Shown: piece after piece, positions 19,723-30,458 of the stretch | Layout of the letters: every line of letters starts with the position of its first letter | Numbering within the stretch: position 1 is the stretch's first letter | Assembly (NCBI GenBank): GCA_020184695.1 | Contig: JAANOX010000082.1 | Coordinates: 1 to 64,000 of the forward strand | DNA length: 64,000 nt | Direction: 5' to 3' | From: Histomonas meleagridis 2922-C6/04-290x | Taxonomy: Eukaryota > Protista > Parabasalia | Program-made: the position numbers and the translations under genes | The notes under the pieces: model-generated | Seen by the model: only the letters and a program-made list of their open reading frames with translations | Told to the model about the DNA's origin: nothing | Databases searched by the model: none

Positions 19723-19982
19723 AAATAAATATATTTAACTATGAATAAATAAATAAACAATAAAATGATTAAATTTTTTTCTGCGCATTAAATCAAATTA
19801 AGGAATGATCATTGTAATGCAAAGAAAGATATCCAACGATAGAACCAAATGAATGGAAAATCATCGGATTTATATTCAAAAACAGAAGTTTCACAATTGA
19901 AATAAAGCAGTCAATTGAAGCTAAAAAAAGTTTACAAGCAGAGAAAAACAGAAATAATAAATACTTTATATTTTATAAAATT

Positions 19983-22900
19983 CTAATAAGAATTTTGGTT
20001 AAATTCATTTTCTTTAAAATCTTTAGCAAATGGATCTTCTTCGATATTCGAAAGGTTCACAAAGTTCTCTAAGTTAATGTTATTGCCTGTATTTTCTTCA
20101 TTTAAACTTTCGATTGTACTTTGATTCTTATTTCTAATACGAACGAGGACAATAACAAGAATCAAAACAACAACAACTACGACTACGCAAACGCATACAA
20201 TGATAATAATCATTTTATTATTAACATTTTGATTATTATCGTTTTCAATTTGATTTAATATTGTATAAAAAGCGGAATAATAAGAAATATATGATGAATA
20301 TTCAACAATTATATATTGATAATAAATATATAAAGTTTCAATATATTGATATGTAGAATTAATCATAGAAAGTGTAATTGTATTCGTAAAAGTTGTTTGA
20401 TGTAAAATAGTTTGTGTAACTGATGGAGTTATAATTAATGTATGTGTAAATGAAGCACCAAATGGCATCGAAGGCGTAAAAATATTTGATTCAGTAAATG
20501 TATATGTTGTCCAATATTGATAACATTCATTAATTGATTTATGTTTTGATATATTTAATTCACCAAATGTTTCATTTTGATATAAATCAGATGTCATAAC
20601 AATGTTTGTTGATATGTTATAAAATGCATTTGGATCGATATAATTCGGTGCACAATTTCCCAAAAAATAAATACATTTTAAATTGTTACATTGATAAAAT
20701 GCATGTTGATTGATTGAAGTTACATTTTCTCCAATGATAACTGTGTCTAATGATAAACATAATGTAAATGCATAAGTTTCAATTGAAGTAACAGAATTAG
20801 GAATTGTAATATTTGGTAATGATGAACATAGAACAAATTGACCATAAAAAATTTTATTGATTCCTTCTTCAAGTATAACATTTCGTAAAGTGGAACAATT
20901 AATGAATACAAAATATCCAATTGAAGTAATTGATTTAGGAATCGTAATGCTCTCCAAAGATTGGCAATTTGAAAATACCATATCTTTCATCGTTTCTAAA
21001 TTTTTACTAAGAGTAATTATTTTTAGTCCAGAAGATCGGAATGCACATTCACCTAATTCTTTGACTGTATCAGGAATTATAATATTTGTTAATGATGAAC
21101 ATTCATAAAAAACATAACTGTTAATTTTGTCAATGCCATTTCCAATTGTGGCTGAATTTAATCCATAGCATGAATAAAATGAATATATTCCAAGTGATGT
21201 AACTGAATCAGGTATCTCTATATTTTTCAAATTCGTTGAGTGGGAAAATGCATAATCGTCAATTGTTTTAACATTTTCTCCAATAGTAATTGTTTCTAAT
21301 TTAGTACAATTATAAAATGCATAACTTTGAATTTTTGTAACAAAATTAGAAATTTTTATATTTATTAATGTTAAACATGAGTAAAATGAATAATCATCAA
21401 TTATTGTAACTGTATTTGGTACCTCGAATATTTCATTAGAAATTGCACCTGGACAACATATGAGTGTTGATAAATTTTTATTATAAAGAACACCATTATT
21501 TTCAGAATATTTATCATTTTCATCGGGTACTTCTATAAATTGAAGACTTAGACAATTTGCAAATACTGATGTACCAATTGTTGTCACTGATTTAGGAATA
21601 ACGATATTTTGTAATGATGAACAACTATGAAATGCTTTATCTCCTATAGTTGCAACATTTTCGCCAATTATAAAAGTTTTTAATTTCGAACATGCAAAAA
21701 ATGTATTACCTTCAATTGATGTTATTAAATTTGGAACTACAAAATTTGTTAATGATGAACAATTATAAAATGCGGAATTTCCAATTGCTGTGAGAGAATC
21801 ATGAATAGGAATGTTTTTTAATGACGTACATTCATAAAATGCATAACTTTCTATAGTTATTACATTTTCTCCAAAAATAACTGTTTCTAAATTCCTACAA
21901 TATCTAAAACAGCCATCTTTAATAATTGTGACCAAATTTGGTATTTCAATCGTTGTGAAATAACATGAATAAAAAGCTTCAGTTCCAATCGATTTAACTG
22001 TATTCGGTAACGTAATAGATGTTAATGATATACATGATGAAAATGCGTAATCACTAATTGTAACTAAATTTTCACTAAATACAAATGATTTCAGATTTCC
22101 GCATGCACTGAATGCACGATCGAGAATTGTTTTTACATTATTTCCCATAGTTACTGATTCTAATTCAAAACAATATTGAAAAACTTCACTTTCAATTGAA
22201 GAAACTAAATTTGGAATTGTAATATTTTTTAAAGATTCACAACTATAAAATGCGCACGTTTCAATACTTGTAACTGAATCTGGGATTTTAATATAAACCA
22301 ATGAATCATAATAATTAAATGAATATCTCCCAATTGTTTTAACTGTATCAGGTACTTCGAATGTTTGATTAGAAATTCCAACTGGAAAATAAATAATTTT
22401 GGTAATATTCTTATCATAAAGAATTCCTTTATTCCCATTAGAATAATAATTACTTTCATCTGATACATTAAAAAATTTCATGCTTTCACATCCATTAAAT
22501 GCATTCGAATCAATAGAAGTAACTGATTTTGGAATTGTGATATTTTGTAATAACCTACATTGATAAAATGCAGAATATCCAATAGAATTTACATTTTCTC
22601 CAAGTGTAACTGTTTCTAACCTTGTGCATTGCGAAAATACTGAACTCCCAATTGAAGTAACAGTATCTCCAATTATAACTGTGGTCAATGGATTCCATTG
22701 GTAGAAAGCTTGCGATGGAATATCTTCAATGCCACTTATAATTATAAGATGAAAAGTTTCACTTTTGTATGCATTTCTTCCTAAATATTCTGTAGAATTA
22801 TAAAGTGTAAGTGTTTTAGTTGAGGAATCAAATAATTCTAATGAAGGCATGAAAAATACAACAAATATAAGAAGAAGATATTCTTGTTTAATTTTTTCTT

Positions 22901-23105
22901 TTTTGTGAATATTCATAACTGCTTTTGCCACATTGAAGAAACACAAAACAATCATAGCATAAAAAAGTATTGATAAATTGTTTGCATTATGAAAATTATT
23001 TAAAATGTATTTGGAATTTTGATCTGAAAGCCATGTACAAAACATAGAGTCCTGATGGATTCGTGAAAAAATGTAGGCAGACAATAATGTTAAAAGAGTG
23101 TCCAT
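19983..23105 (-). CDS. BspA-like (LRR_5) surface protein with C-terminal TM and cytoplasmic tail
   Basis: Many TxIxxxAFxxCxxLxxIxIP repeats, T/S/P-rich stalk, TM (IIIIVCVCVVVVVVVLILVIVLV), tail ending EEDPFAKDFKE. Confidence 0.92.
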   Translation of the reverse strand: MDTLLTLLSAYIFSRIHQDSMFCTWLSDQNSKYILNNFHNANNLSILFYAMIVLCFFNVAKAVMNIHKKEKIKQEYLLLIFVVFFMPSLELFDSSTKTLTLYNSTEYLGRNAYKSETFHLIIISGIEDIPSQAFYQWNPLTTVIIGDTVTSIGSSVFSQCTRLETVTLGENVNSIGYSAFYQCRLLQNITIPKSVTSIDSNAFNGCESMKFFNVSDESNYYSNGNKGILYDKNITKIIYFPVGISNQTFEVPDTVKTIGRYSFNYYDSLVYIKIPDSVTSIETCAFYSCESLKNITIPNLVSSIESEVFQYCFELESVTMGNNVKTILDRAFSACGNLKSFVFSENLVTISDYAFSSCISLTSITLPNTVKSIGTEAFYSCYFTTIEIPNLVTIIKDGCFRYCRNLETVIFGENVITIESYAFYECTSLKNIPIHDSLTAIGNSAFYNCSSLTNFVVPNLITSIEGNTFFACSKLKTFIIGENVATIGDKAFHSCSSLQNIVIPKSVTTIGTSVFANCLSLQFIEVPDENDKYSENNGVLYNKNLSTLICCPGAISNEIFEVPNTVTIIDDYSFYSCLTLINIKISNFVTKIQSYAFYNCTKLETITIGENVKTIDDYAFSHSTNLKNIEIPDSVTSLGIYSFYSCYGLNSATIGNGIDKINSYVFYECSSLTNIIIPDTVKELGECAFRSSGLKIITLSKNLETMKDMVFSNCQSLESITIPKSITSIGYFVFINCSTLRNVILEEGINKIFYGQFVLCSSLPNITIPNSVTSIETYAFTLCLSLDTVIIGENVTSINQHAFYQCNNLKCIYFLGNCAPNYIDPNAFYNISTNIVMTSDLYQNETFGELNISKHKSINECYQYWTTYTFTESNIFTPSMPFGASFTHTLIITPSVTQTILHQTTFTNTITLSMINSTYQYIETLYIYYQYIIVEYSSYISYYSAFYTILNQIENDNNQNVNNKMIIIIVCVCVVVVVVVLILVIVLVRIRNKNQSTIESLNEENTGNNINLENFVNLSNIEEDPFAKDFKENEFNQNSY

Positions 23106-23700
23106 GTAATAACTGTGTGAGTCGACCAGACGATTTTATTTCGAGCGAAGATTTTGAACGAGTAGATGACAACAACCGCAAAACGCATTCAAAACCTGAT
23201 TTTTAATTGAAAATTTTCAGAGCACACTACCAAATAACCGTCTTGTTTTAAAAAACCGCCATAAAACGCTGTGAGCAATGAGAGCTCAGTTTGAGCTTAC
23301 AGTGTTAAATGGTTTCCACATGGTGAGATACAGGATATTTGCAGAAGCTCTTTGTTCCATTTATTTTTTTCTTAAAAATTTATAATCTAAGATATCTTTC
23401 TTCCATTTTATAATTATACAAGTTCGTTTTTTAAGCAATTGATCAAAAACATAAATAAAACTAGCACACAAAAGAAATTCAGAGTTTTAAATCCAAAATC
23501 TTACTAAAAATCCAGATTTTGATCAATCTAAATTAAAAACAATTTTGCAAAATTTCTTAAGAATTCTATTGAGAACGATTCAAACCGATTTGCTGTTATT
23601 TCTAACGTTCACCCAACAAAGCGCTTTGTTGTGTGGCAAAAAAATCTATCGTATATGTCAAATTTTTCTATCGTGCTTAAATAGCCGGCCACTTAACAAA

Positions 23701-24360
23701 ATGGAAGCTACAATTGGCGATCTCAAAGAACTTAAGAGAATTCTTGCCAATGGATCAACTCCTTATGTTGAATCCCTTATAAAAGATGAAATTTCAAAGC
23801 TTGAAAAAAAGTTTGTTGATGCTCCAAAAGAAGAATCAAGCCCAAAGCCAATTCCAACAACAACTACACACGCACCAAAGAAATCGTATGAAACTATTTC
23901 TTCTTATGCTTTCAGCGATTCAAATGATAAGGCAACAATCATTATCCGTCACATTCGTGGACTTGAACAAGCTGAAGTTGTTTTTGAACCAGCCGAACGT
24001 CAGTGTGTTATTTATGTACTTCGTGAAAAAATGAACATGTCAGATCTTAAGTTAACATTATCACCACTTTATAAAAAGATCATTCCAAGCGAATCCAAAT
24101 ATACAAAGCGTAATGAAACTCTTACAATTTCCCTTGCTAAAAAGAAGAAGACATCATGGATGAAACTTAAGAAATCTGCTATAGATATGAAGAAGCCAAA
24201 ATCACCACAAAATGATCCTAAGGTCAAAGAAGATCCAAATGCAGCTTTAATGGATATGATGAAGAAGATGTACGATGAAGGTGATGATGAAATGAAGAGA
24301 ACAATTTCTAAGGCAATGTGGGAAGCACAACATAAGAAACCAGAAGAAGAAAAGAAATAA
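23701..24360 (+). CDS. CACYBP: Calcyclin-binding protein / Siah-interacting protein (CS + SGS domains)
   Basis: YETISSYAFSD (CS start), LAKKKKTSW, DPNAALMDMMKKMYDEGDDEMKRTISKAMWE (SGS). Confidence 0.88.
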   Translation: MEATIGDLKELKRILANGSTPYVESLIKDEISKLEKKFVDAPKEESSPKPIPTTTTHAPKKSYETISSYAFSDSNDKATIIIRHIRGLEQAEVVFEPAERQCVIYVLREKMNMSDLKLTLSPLYKKIIPSESKYTKRNETLTISLAKKKKTSWMKLKKSAIDMKKPKSPQNDPKVKEDPNAALMDMMKKMYDEGDDEMKRTISKAMWEAQHKKPEEEKK

Positions 24361-24667
24361 ACGAACATCTGCTTTTCATATGGAAATTTCCATACTCTTT
24401 GAATTTGGTCTATAATGAAGATATCTTTTTGCATTAAAATTCTGATACGTTAAAAGTATATTTTTGGTGTAGGATTTCCAATTGCTGTTTTTTGTGATTT
24501 TGAAATTTTTGAAATTGTATTTAATTTTTGAAGAGCAATTTAGTCGCACATTCTAGGTTATGTCACCAACAGAAGGTTACTTTATGATAGAATACACTCT
24601 ATAAGATTATTGGCCTTTAGAAGCTGAAAAATTATAATTCACCACTTTTTAAAAAGTGTCATGACCA

Positions 24668-25045
24668 ATGGAGAAAAAACCCGAAAAAAGCACTAGTGCT
24701 GTTCTTGAACAAAAATTAAAAGATCTACAAAATGATCTCGGTGATGAAGACGCCAGCTTTGTAGCAAATTTCGCAATGAATCTTCCATTTTCTGCAAATG
24801 TACCAAATGTGAATAATGACCCTATACGAGAAAGAGCTTTCCAAGAAGCAACGAAAGCAGGCGTTTTAGCTGCAAGAGAATATATGATAAAAAATAAAAT
24901 AGAATTTGTCCAGCCAACAACAACTTATTTTCCTAAAGAAAGAATAAAGCAAACTCCAATTCCTAAAAAGTATGAAGGGAAAAAGCTTAGTCAGAAAAAG
25001 AATCAAAAAGTCCCTAATCAGATGGCAACAAAAAATCGTCAATAG
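24668..25045 (+). CDS. Short Ebp2-like protein (125 aa)
   Basis: NNDPIRERAFQEATKAGVLAAREYMIKNKIEFVQPTTTYF resembles the Ebp2 core DxxRExAF...A...F.RP.DYF, but the C-terminal half of Ebp2 is absent. Confidence 0.5.
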   Translation: MEKKPEKSTSAVLEQKLKDLQNDLGDEDASFVANFAMNLPFSANVPNVNNDPIRERAFQEATKAGVLAAREYMIKNKIEFVQPTTTYFPKERIKQTPIPKKYEGKKLSQKKNQKVPNQMATKNRQ

Positions 25046-25502
25046 ATGTTTATGTAAATATATTAGTAAAACATGCTTCTTAATAGCTACTCATGAAGAC
25101 CTTAGAAATGTATTTATTTTTTAAAATGAAAAAACGACAAATGTCTATATAAAAAATTATTCTCCAAATATACACAAATATTTACTATATATTCCAAATG
25201 CTTGAGATTTAGTAATCTACATATTAAATTTTATTTGATATTTTACTTAAATTCATCGATAACATTAAAAACGGTAACTTACATACATTATCATATTATT
25301 GTTCTACAGTGACTAGTGAGATGAATATAGAAAAAAATTAATGAATCCTTTGTTATGGAGCAAATTTTGAAAAACGAAAGATTAGTCATATTGGGGTTGT
25401 CCAAAATTGAATACATAAAAACGTTAACGAAAGAAATAAAACTGCCGCCATCTGCGGTTGTCCGCTTTACACCATTGAAAGTCACATCACCTGATTTCCA
25501 CT

Positions 25503-25509
25503 TCATTTT
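25503..25509 (+). promoter_or_regulatory. Initiator (Inr) element of actin
   Basis: TCATTTT just upstream of ATG 25517 matches the trichomonad Inr consensus TCA(T/C)T(T/A). Confidence 0.6.
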
Positions 25510-25516
25510 AGTTTTC

Positions 25517-26651
25517 ATGGCTGAAGACGAAGTTCAAACATTAGTTATCGATAATGGTTCCGGTATGTGCAAGGCCGGTTTCGCTGGTGATGAAGCACCA
25601 CGCTCAGTTTTCCCATCAATTGTTGGTCGTCCAAAGTATGTCCAAACAATCGCTGGTGGTCAAAACAAGGATACATATGTTGGTGATGAAGCATGCGCTA
25701 AGGCAGGTATCCTCATCCTCAAGTACCCAATTGAACACGGTATCGTTACCAACTGGGACGATATGGAAAAGATCTGGCACCACACATTCTACAACGAATT
25801 ACGTGTTGATCCAGCTGAACATCCAGTTCTTCTTACAGAAGCCCCAATGAACCCAAAGGCCAACCGTGAAAAGATGATCCAACTTCAATTCGAAACATTC
25901 AACGTTCCAGCATTCTATGTTGGTATCCAAGCTGTTCTTTCCCTTTACTCATCAGGTCGTACAACCGGTATCGTTTTCGATGCAGGTGATGGTGTTTCCC
26001 ACACAGTTCCAATCTACGAAGGCTACTCCCTTCCACACGCCATCATGCGTATCAACCTCGCCGGTCGTGATCTCACAGCCTACCTCCAAAAGATCCTTAA
26101 CGAACGTGGTTACACCTTCACAACATCCGCCGAAAAGGAAATTGTTCGTGATATCAAGGGAGAAGCACGCATATGTTGCTCTTGGATTTCGATGAAGAAA
26201 TGAACAAGGCCGCCACAACATCCGAATGCGACATCTCATACACACTTCCAGATGGTAACGTCATCACCATCGCCAACGAGCGCTTCAGGTGCCCAGAACT
26301 TCTTTTTCAAGCCACACTTCAACGGCTTCGAATTCGAAGGTATTGACCAAAACCCTCTTCAACTCCATCATGGCATGCGATATCGATGTCCGTAAGGATC
26401 TCTACGCTAACATTGTTCTCTCTGGTGGTACCACAATGTTCGAAGGTCTCCCAGAACGTATGGAGAAGGAAATGGTCCGCCTCGCACCACCAACAATGAA
26501 GATCAAAGTCGTCGCCCCACCAGAACGTAAGTACGCAGTTTGGATCGGTGGCTCCATCCTCGCCTCCCTTGCCACATTCCCACAAATGGTTATCACACGT
26601 GACGAATACAACGAAGCTGGTCCAGGAATTGTCCACCGCAAGTGCTTCTAA
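25517..26651 (+). CDS. ACT: Actin (four apparent +1 indels, probably sequencing errors)
   Basis: [22 protein letters not shown]...HRKCF with highly-expressed codon bias. Single extra bases at about 26160 (GGG), 26184 (GG), 26306 (T run) and 26351 (A run). Confidence 0.95.
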
Positions 26652-26660
26652 ACAATTTTA
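26649..26660 (+). terminator. TAAA polyadenylation signal overlapping the stop codon
   Basis: Stop plus A then CAATTTT. The identical TAAACAATTTT follows the stop at 15902. Matches the trichomonad UAAA / AAUU 3'-processing pattern. Confidence 0.55.
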
Positions 26661-27013
26661 TTTCATTAACTTATCTTTTTACTTGAATTCACTCATAATA
26701 TTTATCTCTTAATATTTCATTCTAATGAAGTTGAATCAGTTAATTGATCCAATCAGTTTTTCTTTTCCAGTTCGTTCTGATTAAGTTTGTTGACTGCACT
26801 TTGGAAACCCTCGAGCGCAATAATGTTAAGCCATAATTAAAATATCTTTTTTATGTCAAGTGGTTGTAAGAATTGTCGCCAAACAATTAAATTTAGTTAA
26901 ACATTTGGAAAGACCTTTATCTTCTGGGTAATATGGATTAAACCAAATATTTTTTGACTTTTTCTGTGAATGTAATATTTTTTGTATGTAATATGATCGT
27001 TCTGATAGGACAT

Positions 27014-29662
27014 ATGAATTTTTTCCGTAGGGGCCCTACATCCCATGCGAACACCCTGCAAGAAACGCTTATGGGATTAGTGAAAGAGGCAACAGATGGT
27101 CAGTCTCCCCAACTAAATATTGAACCAACTATAAAAATTTTAGAATACACTGTATCCATAGAATCAAGTGCTGAAGTAATATATGCTATTACTGAATCAA
27201 TTGACCAAGGTTCAGGACAATCTTTAACTGTTTTGAAATGTCTTAAAATAATTTACCTTTGTATGAAAACCTCGGAATCATTTTGCAAAGCATTAAAATC
27301 ATTCACACCAGAGATCCAAACAATCACATTGATTACATTTGGCAACCCAAGGGATCCAAACAGAACGCTTGTTCACACAACAGCAACACAAATTTATCGA
27401 TATCTTTTAAATCGTGGAAATTTACCTGATCCGAAAACTCTTTCCTTAGAAAACTTTAGAATACCAGACATAAGGCCAAAGCCTCAAGCATCCAAGCAGC
27501 CAAGTCAACAAGATGTTCATCCTCAAAATCGTCCTAATTTTGTTACAGCACAACAAAAACGAAAAGAAAACAATAACGATAATGAGTTTTCACCCAGACT
27601 TCCAGCAGCATTCGGTGGTGCGCCACGAGTTTCAGGCGGTCGAAAAATGGAAAGTCTTTTATCATTTGATGATGACGAAGATGAAGATGAAAATTCAGAG
27701 CAAAACGATGCATTTGATGCCGGATATGAGCGACCACACTTTCCAGCTGCATTTGGCGGAACTTCTACTCAAGATAAACAAAGTGATGAATTATTATTAT
27801 CATTTGATGATGAAGAAGCAGACGTAATAAATGACAAAGATGACATGTCGAAACAACGTAATAAGCCATTTAGTGCCCAGACAGAACAAGAAAAGCGAAG
27901 AAAAGAATTTATGTTTTCATTTGAAGATGATACAAAAAGTGACGAAGATCATGCGCAATTTAAGAATGAAGATGATGATCAAAATGACCTCTCTCTTTTA
28001 GATGATTTTGAGCCAAATAATGAAAACACAGCAGGTTTTGAAAAAATTGATGATGGTGATACATTTGATCCATTCTCAAATATCCAAAATATCAAGAAAC
28101 CTGATGAAAAACAAGTTGATACTAACAAAGAAAGCACTACCAAAAGCGCATCTAACGATGATGACTTAATTTTTGATCCTTTCGAAAATCTTTCGAAACA
28201 AAGTAATCCAACTCAAAACAAAGGCAAATTCTCTATTTCCTCACAGCCGAACGCAAGCGTAAGCTCAAAAGATGATATTTTCGATCCATTTGGCAGTTCA
28301 CAAATGAAGAACGATGAAAAACCGTCGCATCAAAATTCGACAAAAATAAATTCGCGTTCATCACAAAGCGATGTTTTACTTGATATATTTGAAAACACAG
28401 ATAATAAATCAGAGCCACAAAAGGTAGTTTCTACTTCATCTAAAAATGATGACTTTTTCAATCCTTTCGAAAACTTATCCAAACAAAAAACAGCAACGCC
28501 AACTAAAACAAGTCCTTTATCATCACATAATGATGACTTATTGGATTCGTTAGGAAGCAAACCTGTTTCAAGTTCTCACGCATCACAAAATAATGATACA
28601 TTTGATCCATTCGGAAATATGTCAAAGCCAAATAATTCACCGAAAGCCAATTCTCGTTCATCGCAAAACGATTTACTTAATTCTATTGGTTCACAAGACA
28701 ATAATACATTTGATCCATTCGGAAATATGTCAAAATTAAATAATACACAAAAAATAAATTCTCGTTCATCGCAAAATGACTTGTTTGGTTCATTCGATTC
28801 ACAAAACAAAACAACAAATTCACAAAACAATGATACATTTGACCCATTCGCAAACATTTCAAAGCCAAATAATGCACCAAAAATAAATTCTTGTTCATCG
28901 CAAAACGATTTACTTAATTCTATTGGTTCACAAGGCAATGACACATTTGATCCGTTCGCAAATGTTTCAAAGCCAAGCAACGCAGCAAATTCACAAAACA
29001 ATTTATTCGATCCATTCTCAAACACATCGACTAGTTCCCCAAGTAAACTTGCGCCAAAGGCCACTTCTCACTCATCGCAGTACAATGACACATTTGACCC
29101 ATTCGCAAACGCTTCGAAGCCAAATAATGCACCGAAAATAAATTCGCGCTCATCGCATAACGATTTACTTGACTCATTTGATTCACTTAGCAAGGCCGCG
29201 CCCGCGAGTTCGCAGAGCAATGACACATTTGACCCATTCGCAAACATCGCAAAGCCAAATAATTCACCTAAAGTCAGTGCACAAGACAACGACACATTTG
29301 ACCCATTCGCAAACATATCAAAGCCAAATAATGCACAAAACAAGTCAACAAGTTCAACTTCACAGCAGAACAATGACACATTTGACCCATTTGCAAACAT
29401 CGCAAAGCCAAATAATACGCAAAGAATAAGTTCTCGTTCATCACAAAATGACTTTTTTGGTTCAATCGATTCGCAAAGCAAAACAAATGCGCATGACAAC
29501 GATACATTTGACCCATTTGCAAACATATCAAAGCCAAATAATTCACCTAAAGTCAGTGCACAAGACAACGACACGTTTGACCCATTCGCTAATGTTTCAC
29601 AGGGCAACAACAGCACTCAGAAAAGTAACTCCAATTTGGACGATTTAATAAATCTCTTTTAA
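27014..29662 (+). CDS. ENTH/VHS-like adaptor with a long DPF-rich disordered tail
   Basis: N-terminal helical domain (LVKEATD); about 14 FDPF motifs, one NPF, LLSFD/DLL-type clathrin-box-like motifs. ATG at 27014. Confidence 0.7.
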   Translation: MNFFRRGPTSHANTLQETLMGLVKEATDGQSPQLNIEPTIKILEYTVSIESSAEVIYAITESIDQGSGQSLTVLKCLKIIYLCMKTSESFCKALKSFTPEIQTITLITFGNPRDPNRTLVHTTATQIYRYLLNRGNLPDPKTLSLENFRIPDIRPKPQASKQPSQQDVHPQNRPNFVTAQQKRKENNNDNEFSPRLPAAFGGAPRVSGGRKMESLLSFDDDEDEDENSEQNDAFDAGYERPHFPAAFGGTSTQDKQSDELLLSFDDEEADVINDKDDMSKQRNKPFSAQTEQEKRRKEFMFSFEDDTKSDEDHAQFKNEDDDQNDLSLLDDFEPNNENTAGFEKIDDGDTFDPFSNIQNIKKPDEKQVDTNKESTTKSASNDDDLIFDPFENLSKQSNPTQNKGKFSISSQPNASVSSKDDIFDPFGSSQMKNDEKPSHQNSTKINSRSSQSDVLLDIFENTDNKSEPQKVVSTSSKNDDFFNPFENLSKQKTATPTKTSPLSSHNDDLLDSLGSKPVSSSHASQNNDTFDPFGNMSKPNNSPKANSRSSQNDLLNSIGSQDNNTFDPFGNMSKLNNTQKINSRSSQNDLFGSFDSQNKTTNSQNNDTFDPFANISKPNNAPKINSCSSQNDLLNSIGSQGNDTFDPFANVSKPSNAANSQNNLFDPFSNTSTSSPSKLAPKATSHSSQYNDTFDPFANASKPNNAPKINSRSSHNDLLDSFDSLSKAAPASSQSNDTFDPFANIAKPNNSPKVSAQDNDTFDPFANISKPNNAQNKSTSSTSQQNNDTFDPFANIAKPNNTQRISSRSSQNDFFGSIDSQSKTNAHDNDTFDPFANISKPNNSPKVSAQDNDTFDPFANVSQGNNSTQKSNSNLDDLINLF
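28560..29610 (+). repeat. Tandem coding repeats NDTFDPFAN(I/M)SKPNN
   Basis: Recurrent (g)acacatttgacccattcgcaaac units with near-identical blocks, e.g. PKVSAQDNDTFDPFAN twice. Confidence 0.9.
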
Positions 29663-30458
29663 CTCAGTAAATGATTTTGAATTAAACTTTTTGTCACAGC
29701 AACAGTTTGCGCCAAATCACTGTAGCAGCGAAGTGAATCGTTGTGCTGCTGTTTGCTGTGGATGCGCCGCTCAGTCTGCAATTGAAATTGCATTTGATCT
29801 TTTCAAATTAACAACTTTTGTTTGTTCCGTCTTTACGAAAGAAGCTTCCCAAATGATAAAAGATATATTTTTGCGTCTTAATGTTTTTATGTCTAATATT
29901 TTCCTTTGCAAAACGATTTTGTTTTGGTTTAATTTTAATTTCAAAAGATTACATCAATAACCGCAATAACGATTGTGCAATTGCACAAATTTTGAGAAGC
30001 CGAAGAGTACGTTAATACACGTTTATTGTTTTCTGACGGTTTTGTTTGCTTCTATTTTGACAGTGTCTGTTTGAAGTTGGGCCATTTTCATCGAAGTAGA
30101 AGTGACTGAGTACGTTCGACAGAGTGATGAGAATTGTGTGAGAACCTCTCTGAAGTTTGATGCATAATTAAACACTCTGACTAACAGAGAACATCGCTAA
30201 CACCAGATTTTAGAATTTGAAATTTGTTTGATGAATCAGTAAACATTTATTTGTTCACTATGTTTTTTTTTTCTTTTGAACGTATTAACTAATTTAGAAA
30301 AACAATTGTTTCATTCTTAAAATTTAAATTTTGGCAAATTTCACCAGATGATAGATACAAAAAAAAAAAAAAAAAAATAAAGACAATGAAATTGATAGTT
30401 CGTGATGGGCATAAGATTTATTAAGATATTGGTGGTTTCAACAAAAAAGCTTTACCAT

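Noticed and set aside
25355-25516. N-terminal extensions in the ORF track (actin from 25355; also 7398, 13472, 16780, 23545, 26954, 49942, 59521)
   Set aside because: Most rely on TTG starts, and all run through promoter sequence; conserved homology and Inr/M5-like motifs point to the downstream ATGs.
30359-30378. Long A run as a retroelement poly(A) tail
   Set aside because: No target-site duplication or element body is recognisable.
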